Shown here: in pieces, positions 28,819-37,461 of the stretch
How the letters are laid out: each line of letters starts with the position of its first letter
How positions within the stretch are numbered: position 1 is the first letter of the stretch
Assembly (NCBI GenBank): GCA_017450695.1
Contig: JAFSTA010000109.1
Coordinates: 8,301-72,300 of the forward strand
Length of the DNA: 64,000 nt
Origin: Kiritimatiellia bacterium
GTDB taxonomy: Bacteria > Verrucomicrobiota > Kiritimatiellia > RFP12 > UBA1067
Direction: 5' to 3'
The notes under the pieces: model-generated
Told to the model about the DNA's origin: nothing
The model's input: only the letters and a program-made list of their open reading frames with translations
Database searches by the model: none
Translations under genes and position numbers: made by a program

Positions 28819-29499
28819 ATGAAAAACAACGTACTGTCTTGCAGAATTGGTTTTGCCGTGTGCCTAACGGCTTTGTCTGTCATTGCTGCGCCGCCAGTTG
28901 AGGTTTCCTTTACACCGGGTAACTGGAAGTCGAATGAGTGGATTCTTGTGAAGAGTCCGCGTTTCGCCTATACGCACGGATTCGTGCAGAAGGAGGACGG
29001 GATTGAGAACGAGTGTCCCCCGCTCTCCGGCGAGGAGATATACAAGAAGCACGAAAGCGAAGTCTATTCCTCGATGGTGTGGAAGGAGAAAGTCGCTCTC
29101 GGACAAACCGTTTCCTCGGCGATGAGTTTCGATTGGCGCATGGCACCGTTGATTGTTCTGGCCCCCGCGCTCGATTCTTCCGGGGATGGCGCGCCGACGC
29201 TGGGGGAACACTGGGAGATCGTACTGTACGACGAGGGACTGAATGTCTGGCATCATTCGATCCGGGACGGAAAGCCGTTCTGGTATCGCGCCGCGTATGG
29301 AAAGATGTCGTTCCAAAAAGACACCCGCTACGATTTGTCGGTTAAGGTCTTTCGGAACGGAAAGGGAATCAAGGAGATGGTCGTCACGTGCGGAGATGCG
29401 GAGATCGGATTCGCGGACAACGGTTTGCCGGACTCCTTCTTTGCGGGCATCACAGGATGCGAGGGACGCAACCGTTTTTACGATTTCAAGGTCCGGTAA
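28819..29499 (+). CDS. Secreted hypothetical protein
   Basis: Start ATG 28819 (MKNNVLSCRIGFAVCLTALSVIAAP signal). No recognisable catalytic motifs. Confidence 0.45.
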   Translation: MKNNVLSCRIGFAVCLTALSVIAAPPVEVSFTPGNWKSNEWILVKSPRFAYTHGFVQKEDGIENECPPLSGEEIYKKHESEVYSSMVWKEKVALGQTVSSAMSFDWRMAPLIVLAPALDSSGDGAPTLGEHWEIVLYDEGLNVWHHSIRDGKPFWYRAAYGKMSFQKDTRYDLSVKVFRNGKGIKEMVVTCGDAEIGFADNGLPDSFFAGITGCEGRNRFYDFKVR

Positions 29500-29523
29500 C
29501 GAAGATGGAGGGAACGGAGAATC

Positions 29524-30904
29524 ATGATCGGGAAAGCGGTGTTTGGAGAAAGCTCTCATATCGAGTTCAAAAGAGAACTTCCGAAGCGACATGAAAACTT
29601 TTTCAAAGATATCATCGCTTTCGCCAACACGTCAGGCGGGAAAATCATCCTCGGAGTTCAAGATAACGGCACAGTAACCGGAATTGGGGACACGAGCCCA
29701 TTCCGTCTTGCGGATGCGATATCGAAGATGATTTCTGATGCCTGTATTCCGCAGATCAACACGGAAATCACGATCCGAACAGTGGAAGCCAAAACCGTTC
29801 TTGAAGTTGAAGTGTTTCCCGGAAAATTCAGACCCTATTTTTTGGCATCTGCAGGCAAGAAAGTTTCCTGCTATATTCGCATAAACGGAACCAGCAGGCC
29901 AGCGGATGAACGAAAGATACAAGAACTTGAGATGGAAGGGAAAAAACTTTCGTATGATACAATTCCGCTTGTTGGGGTTCCATACGATGAACAGTTGGCA
30001 AAAGAATTATGTGAACAAATGTATCAGACAGCTATCAGTGCCTGTAGAACAGATGAGGAGTGTCACGCGATAAAACCAATGACTCTTCAAAAACTTGAAA
30101 TGTTTTCAATCTTACATCGGAACGGACATAAGCTTATGCCGACCCATGCATTCGAGCTTTTGACTAAACCCACAGACACATTTGTCAAAATACAATGTGC
30201 GGTATTTAAAGGAAATGACCGCGCGGTTTTTATCGACAGAAAGGAATTTGTGGGGGCAATTCAGAAACAAGTTGAGGAAGCTTACCAGTTTGTTCTGGCA
30301 CATATTCGTCTCGAAACCGAAATCCATGGTCTCTATAGACGGGACACTTATGAGTTGCCGTCGCAATCCATTCGCGAGGTAATTGCCAATGCAGTTTTAC
30401 ATCGCAGTTATCTGGCCCCTTCCTGCATTCAGGTTTCTATCTATGACAATCGTGTTGAAGTTGATTCTCCCGGAATGCTGTATGATGGCTTGACCATCGA
30501 GGATGCGGTCAAAGGAAAATCAAAGTGCAGAAATGCGGCAATCGCGGTCGCGTTCCAATACATGAAGATTGTCGAAGCCTGGGGAACCGGACTTCCCCGG
30601 CTTTTCCAACAATGTAAAGAACTCGGACTCCCTGAACCGCGCCTTGAAGAATTTGGAGACGGAATCAAAGTTACAATATTTCGGAGACAAGCGACAAAAA
30701 ACAAGCGACAAAAAACAAGCGATAAAGACAAATGGGCATGTGCAGAAGATTCGGACGTTTCTGCGTTCGCACGGGGAGTCGAAAACAAGCGAGATCGCAG
30801 AACATCTTGGATTGGGTATGGACAGGACAAGGGTGCTTTTGAAAGGCATGGCAGATGTGTTGCAGACGGGTTCAAACCGAGATCGGCGTTATCGGTTGGG
30901 ATGA
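29524..30904 (+). pseudogene. AlbA_2 (Schlafen-like) + HATPase_c_4 (RecG-C-terminal-like) + wHTH putative transcriptional regulator, interrupted by a +1 frameshift near 30690-30720
   Basis: The N-part (29524-~30700) is in one frame. The C-terminal winged-helix part (...VQKIRTFLRSHGESKTSEIAEHLGLGMDRTRVLLKGMADVL...RYRLG, ending 30904) is in the +1 frame. The junction lies in the duplicated 14-mer CAAGCGACAAAAAA with two A6 runs. Low-GC gene. Confidence 0.6.
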
Positions 30905-30982
30905 CGAGGCTCGAATCGGGAGAGCGGAAATTGGATTTGCGATGCGCGGGTTTCGCGCGTCGCGGGAAAGGAAGGAGAAGAC

Positions 30983-32767
30983 ATGAAAAGAAATCGGATT
31001 CATGCCGCCTGTCTGGGGCTGGCGCTTTTTTCATTCGTCGCGGGAGCGGCAACGGAGCGGGAATACATCTGGCCCGACGGAAAGATGCCCGACGCGCAGC
31101 CCCACCAGATCGGCGCGACAACCGCCGAAGCGAGGACGAAGGGATTCCAACCCGACAATTTCCGCCGTCCCTATCTGGACTGGTTCGACCCTCCTGCGGC
31201 GGAAGGGCGTACCGATGCCTGCATGATCCTGATCTCCGGCGGAGGATACAACAACTGCTGTGACGTGGGATTGGTCGAACAATGGCGTCGGAAACTGACG
31301 GCGATCGGTGTCCGGTGCGTCTCGCTCACCTATCGGACACCTCGTCCAAACGGACTTCCGTTCTACCGCAGCGCGTGGGAGGACGGGCAGCGTGCGGTTC
31401 GTGTCGTTCGTGCCCAGGCGCAGAAGCGCGGATTCAATCCGGAGAAGATCGGAACGGTTTCGATGTCCGCCGGTTCCCACCTCGCCACCCTGCTGGCGAC
31501 AAGTTCGCAGACCCCCGCATACGCGGCGGTGGATGAACTAGACGCGCTCCCTTGCCACATCAATCTGGCGGTCACCTGCGCCATCGCCTACGGTTTGACC
31601 GATGGACTGGGTACCCCGAACGCGCGTGATGGTGATGCGATCGACGTGAAACTCGATTCGCTCTTCCGGTTCGATGCCAAGACCTGCCCGATGTGTATGT
31701 TCCACGGAGGACTCGACATTTACTCGTCGATTGCCTCTACGGAAGTTTATCGACAACTCCGTCGCATGAAGATTCCTGCAGAACTGCATCTCTTTGCGGA
31801 TCGGCACCACGGCTTCTTCGGTGCGGACGGGAAGGGGGATGCCGCGACCGGATACGACAACTGGTTTGGCCGTGCCGAAGAGTTCCTTCGCCAGCGGGGA
31901 TTCCTCGGTGCGACCGGTCCCGAAGTCGAATTCAGTTCACGTTTCTCCGACGCCTTCACGTTGTCGCGGGAGAGGCAAGACCTCTGGCCGGAAGGCGCTG
32001 TGCCCGATGTCCAGCCCAACCAGACCGTCAAGCCATTCCTCGAATGGTTCCTGCCGAAAGAGCGGAAGGCCGGCGCGATACAGATCATCTTTCCGGGCGG
32101 AGCCTATCAGCACTGCTCCTACGAGAAAGAGGGCGTGGATATTGCGCGTTACTTCAACTCGAAGGGGCTTACCGCCGTGGTCGTGGTCTATCGGACACCG
32201 CGCCCCCTCGCGCCTTTCGCCAAGCACACGAGCGCGTGGCAGGATGCGCAGCGCGCGATTCGCATGGTGCGGAAAGCGGCGCCTTCGCGCGGGCTTGATC
32301 CCGAACGGATCGGGGCGATGGGCTTTTCCGCTGGAGGACATCTTACCCTCATGGTCGCGACCAGTTCGCAGAAGCGGGCATACTGGCCGAAAGACGAGAT
32401 CGACAAGGTGCCGTGCCATCTCAACTGGGCGTGTCCGGTTTATCCGGCGTACGCGCTGACCGACGGCGCGGAAAGCCCGAACGCGAAAGGCGGCAACGAG
32501 AACGACTCCGTTCCCGTCCGTGAATTCTCCTTCGACTTGAAAACGCCTCCGATGTGTTTCCTGCACGGCGATGCGGACGGATGGGCGGCGATGAACTCCG
32601 TCAAGGTGTGGGAGCGTCTGCGGCGCATGGGAATCCAGTCCGATCTGCATACGTTCTCCAATCGCGGGCATTGTTTTCATTTCAAGGCCGCGCCCAGTAC
32701 CGCCAGCTATACCTGCTTCGACCGGATCGTGGAGTTCCTCAACCACAAGCGGTTTCTCGCGAAGTAG
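30983..32767 (+). CDS. Secreted protein with two tandem alpha/beta-hydrolase (esterase/lipase, carbohydrate-esterase-like) domains
   Basis: 594 aa, signal peptide present. The domains are internally duplicated (YRTPRP...SAWEDGQRAVRVVR / YRTPRP...SAWQDAQRAIRMVR). GxSxG-type nucleophile elbows SMSAGSHL and GFSAGGHL. Confidence 0.8.
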   Translation: MKRNRIHAACLGLALFSFVAGAATEREYIWPDGKMPDAQPHQIGATTAEARTKGFQPDNFRRPYLDWFDPPAAEGRTDACMILISGGGYNNCCDVGLVEQWRRKLTAIGVRCVSLTYRTPRPNGLPFYRSAWEDGQRAVRVVRAQAQKRGFNPEKIGTVSMSAGSHLATLLATSSQTPAYAAVDELDALPCHINLAVTCAIAYGLTDGLGTPNARDGDAIDVKLDSLFRFDAKTCPMCMFHGGLDIYSSIASTEVYRQLRRMKIPAELHLFADRHHGFFGADGKGDAATGYDNWFGRAEEFLRQRGFLGATGPEVEFSSRFSDAFTLSRERQDLWPEGAVPDVQPNQTVKPFLEWFLPKERKAGAIQIIFPGGAYQHCSYEKEGVDIARYFNSKGLTAVVVVYRTPRPLAPFAKHTSAWQDAQRAIRMVRKAAPSRGLDPERIGAMGFSAGGHLTLMVATSSQKRAYWPKDEIDKVPCHLNWACPVYPAYALTDGAESPNAKGGNENDSVPVREFSFDLKTPPMCFLHGDADGWAAMNSVKVWERLRRMGIQSDLHTFSNRGHCFHFKAAPSTASYTCFDRIVEFLNHKRFLAK

Positions 32768-32985
32768 ATGGGGGCGGGAAAGAGTTGGTTGGTCTGTGCC
32801 CGCGCCACGCACGGGAATGTATAGGAGGGTAAGTTTGCCTCTCGCAAAGTCCGCAAAGTACGTGTGGAATGGGAGAGGCAACGTCCTCGTTGGCCGAATT
32901 GGGCTGGTCGCGTTTCGTCGCGACCGCAATGCGGAACACGCTTAACCAGCCGACGTCTAGGCTTTTAGGCCTACAGCCTACTCTG

Positions 32986-33783
32986 CTAGAACTTGACACG
33001 GATGCCGGCTCCGCCGAGTGTCCAGTCGTTGTGGGCGCAACGGTAGGAGCTGTCGCCGTTGGTGGCGCGCGCGTCGTGTCCCACGATCTCGTACTGCTCC
33101 ACGAAGGTAAAGAACGTGACGTACGGGTTGAATCGCCAGCCGAGTTCCAGCCTTGCCGTCGCGGATGAAACGCCGCCGCTTCCCCAGTCGTCGCCGTATT
33201 TGTTGGCGCCGAGGACGCGTCTCATGTTGCGCCCGTTGCCGCCCTCGACAAAGACACTGGGCGTGACATACAGTTCTTTCCAGATCCCGATCCGCTTCCG
33301 CACGCCGCTCTTGAAATACATCCAGTCGTTCGGGTGGAAGGTGCGCCGGATCCGGTAGAAGGGGACCAGATAGGGATTCTCCAAGGACTGGTCGATCTGC
33401 CACCACCACGCGGTGAATTCCGATCGTTCGTAGTCGGCACGGAATCCGCGGTAGATCGTCCAGGAGCGCGTGATGTCGGTGTTCAGTTTCCAGTCGTCCG
33501 CAAGCCTGAGTGAATAGTCCCAGGTTGGCCCGAATTCCCAGTGGTAGATCGCGTGCTGGTGTACATCGCTGCGCCTGTCGGTGAACGAACTCACATCCCA
33601 GTTGCGGAATCCGAGCCGCCCGAATGTTCCCGTGTCATATCCGGCGCGCAGATTGGTGATCTGCATCGGGCGGTCTTCCACCAGTTTGCCCAGCGAGACG
33701 TATGTCGAGCGGACTTCGGGAGTCACCTCGACATAGAACGGGGAGATCAGTGAGGCGGCGAGGATGGCGATTACAGGTTGCAC
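32986..33783 (-). CDS. Putative outer-membrane beta-barrel protein
   Basis: 265 aa. N-terminal signal peptide. Aromatic-rich alternating pattern. C-terminal ...GIRVKF, a terminal Phe typical of OMPs. Confidence 0.45.
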   Translation of the reverse strand: MQPVIAILAASLISPFYVEVTPEVRSTYVSLGKLVEDRPMQITNLRAGYDTGTFGRLGFRNWDVSSFTDRRSDVHQHAIYHWEFGPTWDYSLRLADDWKLNTDITRSWTIYRGFRADYERSEFTAWWWQIDQSLENPYLVPFYRIRRTFHPNDWMYFKSGVRKRIGIWKELYVTPSVFVEGGNGRNMRRVLGANKYGDDWGSGGVSSATARLELGWRFNPYVTFFTFVEQYEIVGHDARATNGDSSYRCAHNDWTLGGAGIRVKF

Positions 33784-34931
33784 GCGTCTAACGAAACCTT
33801 GTGGACTTTCAGATCGTGCTCGTAGAGCCCCTGCGGATTGGGGATTTCTCCCCGCAGGATTTTCGCCAGTTCGGCGAGCTGCCCCGCGTAGCGGTCTTTC
33901 GGCATGGGAAAGACGATGCGGTTCATCCCCGCCTTGTAACCGCCCTTGGCCGTCTTGAGGAAGAGCTTTACCTCAAGCTGGTTCGCGCGGGCGAGTCCTT
34001 CGTTCAGTCCGGTTGTGTGCTTCACCGTGCGGAAGTCCTCGATCGGCTCGATCTCGATCGTGCCGTTCGTGCCGTCGATGCGGATGTGGCGACAGGGCTG
34101 CGTACCCTTGGAGCAGACGCGGAAGGTTGCGATGCAGCGCGGGTATTCCATGATTGTCAAGGTGTGTGTCAGGGCTTTTGCCGGGTCTCCCGGCGCGGGC
34201 TTGATGATGGAGTAGGTCTTGTCCGGCATCCGGTCATCAAAGATCGGCATCGCCCATTCGATTGCGTGACAGGCGAGCAAGTATGCTGTGCCCCCCGGAT
34301 AGTACGAGGCGTACTCCGGGTACTTGGCGCCTCCGTAGGAATGGTTGAGATCCGCCTCGATCGCGAAGACCTCACCGATCACGCCGTCGTGCGCCAACTG
34401 CACCGCCTTGTTGATCGCCTCGTTGGCGCGGAACATATACCCGATCTGGAGCGGGATGTTCCGTGCGCGGCAGATGTCGCTCATCTTGCGGAATCCAACC
34501 GGATCCGTCCCCAGCGGCTTGTCCATGTGCATCGGGAAGCCCGCCTCGGCGATCTTGGTCGAAACCTCCACCAGTTCGGAGTTGGCGACCTCCACCACGA
34601 TCAGGTCCGGTTTGATTTCCTTTAGCACCTTTTCCCCGTCCAGCTTCGGCCATTTGGCGTAGGACTTGGGATTGGGCTCCTGCATGCGCATCGCCTTCGA
34701 GGCACTGTCATCGACCCATCCGACGATCTCGTAGTCGTTGGTGAGCCGCAGCAGCGCATCGAACTTTCCGCGCGCGTGGTTGTGAACGATTCCCCAGAGG
34801 ACAACCCGCTGCCTCTGTCGTCCGTTTGGTTTCCACTGCGCAACGCCGTTCGCGGCGGCGGGCGTGTCGGCGGCAAAAACCGAAACCCAAGACAGGGCCG
34901 TCAGGCAAAGGAGACACCCTAACTTTTTCAT
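33771..34931 (-). CDS. Secreted Gfo/Idh/MocA-family oxidoreductase
   Basis: Start ATG 34931 (MKKLGCLLCLTALSWVSVFA signal). 386 aa with NAD-binding Rossmann N-terminus. The 559-aa ORF in the track is an upstream extension without a start context. Confidence 0.7.
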   Translation of the reverse strand: MKKLGCLLCLTALSWVSVFAADTPAAANGVAQWKPNGRQRQRVVLWGIVHNHARGKFDALLRLTNDYEIVGWVDDSASKAMRMQEPNPKSYAKWPKLDGEKVLKEIKPDLIVVEVANSELVEVSTKIAEAGFPMHMDKPLGTDPVGFRKMSDICRARNIPLQIGYMFRANEAINKAVQLAHDGVIGEVFAIEADLNHSYGGAKYPEYASYYPGGTAYLLACHAIEWAMPIFDDRMPDKTYSIIKPAPGDPAKALTHTLTIMEYPRCIATFRVCSKGTQPCRHIRIDGTNGTIEIEPIEDFRTVKHTTGLNEGLARANQLEVKLFLKTAKGGYKAGMNRIVFPMPKDRYAGQLAELAKILRGEIPNPQGLYEHDLKVHKVSLDACNL

Positions 34932-34950
34932 CTCAGCGCATCCTTTCAGG

Positions 34951-36429
34951 TCAGGACTGGAACGGGTTCCAGCCTTCGCGGTATTTCTTGGTGACGTGGG
35001 CGTCCGCCTCCGCGTTGTTCGTGACGTGCGAACCGTCCCAATGCAACACGGAACCTTTGCCCGCGAGGGCGGAGATGTTGCCGAGGCAGACGGTCTTCGC
35101 CAGCGGGACGCCGTAATGGAAGTTGTCGTTCGCCTCCCGGCGTTCGCGGATTGCCGTAAAGAACTCGCGCACGTGCGGCAATGTGTTGCGGCGGTAGTTG
35201 AAATCCGCCTGGCGGTCGATGCGCGGGTGGCACCAGCCGGAGGAGCTGGGCAGGAAGCGGTATCCGCCGTGATGGGTGAACCAAAGGTTCGCCTTCGTGC
35301 CGACAAAGAGCGTGCCGTTGGTGTGGAAGGGATCCTTCTCGTATTTCCACTTCTTCTCCTCCTCCAACACACGCGGCGGGATGTTGAGCCATTCGCGCTT
35401 GTGCGGCATACCGAACTTGGTGAGGTATTCCTTCTTGTAGGGCACCCCATCCTTCAACCCGTCCCACCAGTGCAGCGAGAGGTCGCCGTGCTCGCGCGTC
35501 GCGGGGAAGTGGAACTCGAAGACATCGCGGTAGGCCCACGCGCCCTTCAGCGAGAAATTGGCCTCATGGCAGATGATGCGATCGGGATCCTTCAACCCGA
35601 GTGCCCAGAAGGCGACATCCATGATGTGCATCCCCAGGTTGCCGATGGAACCGTTTCCGTACCCGATCCAGCTGTGCCAGCCGTGCGGATGCATGCCGTC
35701 CTGATCCGCGCTTTCGGGATAGAAGTCACAGAGCGGCGAGCCGCCACACCAGGCGTCCCAGTTCATCCCCTTCGGATGCGGAACCGCAGCCGGACGCGCG
35801 AAGATGGAATTGCAACGGTCGTCGTAGCACCACACCTCCTTGACCTCGCCGAGGGCGCCTTCGCGGATACGGTCCACGCAGTACTTCATCGACGGGAAGG
35901 AGTGCCCGTAGGTGCCGACCTGCGTGACGATGCCGGGACGCTTGCGCGTCTCTGCCAACAGCAGGTCGCCCTCCGCCGCCGTAAGGACGAGCGGTTTGTC
36001 GAGATAGACATGGATGCCTCGCCGAATCGCCATGACTGCCGGCAAGACGTGTTGGTGGTTCGGCGTCTCGATCACCACGGCGTCGAGTTGGTCGCCTACC
36101 TTCTCGAACATTTCCTGGTAGGTGGCGAATTTCTGGACGCCCGCGTAGTTCGCCGAACAATTCGCGCTGTTGAGCGAGGCGACCTCTTTGTCCATGCGAG
36201 TCAGCATCGTGGGGTCGGGATCCACGATCGCGACCAGTTTTTCCAGCAGGACGGCGTTGATAATCGTGCGCGCCTGGATGCCGCATCCAATCAAGGCGAC
36301 ACGAAGTTTCGCGCCTTGTTCAATCTGCCGGATCCGTGTCTGTCCGAATCCGACGTTTCCGATATGGAATACGGGCAACGCGCCCGCAGCTGCCAAGCCT
36401 TTGAGAATCGATCTTTTCGTGATGTCCAT
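34951..36429 (-). CDS. TAT-exported Gfo/Idh/MocA-family oxidoreductase (GH109-like fold)
   Basis: 492 aa. SILKGLAAAGALPV Tat-like N-terminus. Rossmann motif ALIGCGIQAR. Paralog of the 9001 and 37458 genes (shared GMHPHGWHSWIGYGNGSIGN block). Confidence 0.8.
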   Translation of the reverse strand: MDITKRSILKGLAAAGALPVFHIGNVGFGQTRIRQIEQGAKLRVALIGCGIQARTIINAVLLEKLVAIVDPDPTMLTRMDKEVASLNSANCSANYAGVQKFATYQEMFEKVGDQLDAVVIETPNHQHVLPAVMAIRRGIHVYLDKPLVLTAAEGDLLLAETRKRPGIVTQVGTYGHSFPSMKYCVDRIREGALGEVKEVWCYDDRCNSIFARPAAVPHPKGMNWDAWCGGSPLCDFYPESADQDGMHPHGWHSWIGYGNGSIGNLGMHIMDVAFWALGLKDPDRIICHEANFSLKGAWAYRDVFEFHFPATREHGDLSLHWWDGLKDGVPYKKEYLTKFGMPHKREWLNIPPRVLEEEKKWKYEKDPFHTNGTLFVGTKANLWFTHHGGYRFLPSSSGWCHPRIDRQADFNYRRNTLPHVREFFTAIRERREANDNFHYGVPLAKTVCLGNISALAGKGSVLHWDGSHVTNNAEADAHVTKKYREGWNPFQS

Positions 36430-36480
36430 TGTGTGAGTTCCTTTCCATCGTGTTCAACTGTTTTTCCGGTGCATGGCGGT

Positions 36481-37461
36481 TCATTCCCCGAGCGCGTAGC
36501 GCATCCGCGCGTCCACCTCATCCTGCATCCCCTTGCCGAGTTTCACGTCCGTGACCGGCCAGCGCCCATCCTTCTGTTTCTTGGAGGTACGGGTGAGCAT
36601 GTTGGGGAAGACGCCGCGCCTGTGGAGTACGTACAGGTTCCACCCGCGCATATACGGCGCGGGAAGCGCGTTGTCGAGATTGCGGAGGTACATGAATTTC
36701 GCGAACAGCTCGTCCGCCGACGGATCGTTCGTTTCCAGAGCCTTCCAGATCTTGGCGATCAGGTCCGCATACATCGGGCGCTGGGTGATGACGCCCCGTG
36801 TCCCGATACGCCGGTACTGGTAGAGCCAGTCGCGCCCGCCCCATCCCGTGAAGACGGTTTTCACATCCGGTTTCGCGGCGACGAGTTTCGCCATCAGGGT
36901 GTTGACCGCCTGTTCCGATCCCTCCACCTTGTACCAGCCGTAGGTCTGCGGGTAGCGCTTCGCCAGATCGATCAGCAGCTTGCTGGTGGGAATCGGCGAA
37001 CTGCCGTTGTAGGTCTGGATGATTACCGGGAGTTTGGTCGCGGCGGCGATTGTCGCATAGTGACGTTCGTGGTCCGCGTCATTCTTCGCGTCGTTCGCCA
37101 TGCGGATCAGCATCGCCGTCGGTAAGGTCGGATGTTTCGCGACGATTTCCTCCACCTGTTTCACGCGGCGCAGCGTATCCGCAGTGTTGGTGCCGGGGCA
37201 GCAGGGGGTGAACCAGATGCCGCGTCCGTCCAGCGCGTCGGCCATCGTCTCCCAACCCTGACGCTCCTCATCCTGAGAAAGGAGCCGTAGCGCATCGTCC
37301 GCCGGAGGCCAGATGATGCCGTTCACGCCGCAGTCGGCGACGAACTTCGTCTCTTTGGCGAGAGTCGGGTAATCCACCGCGCCGGTCTCCGTATAGGGGG
37401 TACACAGCAGTGGGAACGGTCCACCGATTTGCACGGCGGCAAGTATCACGCAGAGGTTCAT
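36481..37461 (-). CDS. DapA/NanA-family (class I aldolase TIM-barrel) protein
   Basis: 327 aa from ATG 37461 (GGGAG RBS). The start is adjacent to the stop of the upstream Gfo/Idh/MocA gene (translational coupling). DapA-like IIQTYNGSSP segment. Tentative. Confidence 0.45.
   Translation of the reverse strand: MNLCVILAAVQIGGPFPLLCTPYTETGAVDYPTLAKETKFVADCGVNGIIWPPADDALRLLSQDEERQGWETMADALDGRGIWFTPCCPGTNTADTLRRVKQVEEIVAKHPTLPTAMLIRMANDAKNDADHERHYATIAAATKLPVIIQTYNGSSPIPTSKLLIDLAKRYPQTYGWYKVEGSEQAVNTLMAKLVAAKPDVKTVFTGWGGRDWLYQYRRIGTRGVITQRPMYADLIAKIWKALETNDPSADELFAKFMYLRNLDNALPAPYMRGWNLYVLHRRGVFPNMLTRTSKKQKDGRWPVTDVKLGKGMQDEVDARMRYALGE

Noticed and set aside
29524-31263. 579-aa reading of the AlbA_2 ORF extending through 31263
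   Set aside because: Beyond ~30700 the frame gives an Arg/Gly-rich nonsense tail that overlaps the next gene's RBS and start. The genuine C-terminal wHTH is in the +1 frame and ends at 30904.
34864-37125. 753-aa + strand ORF and other long ORFs (19657-20628, 37410-38381, 44696-46285, 55329-57251, 60866-62722, 63046-63966)
   Set aside because: All lie antisense to, or frame-shifted within, genes with strong family signatures. Their translations are Arg/Gly/Ala-rich, low-complexity products typical of spurious ORFs in high-GC DNA.
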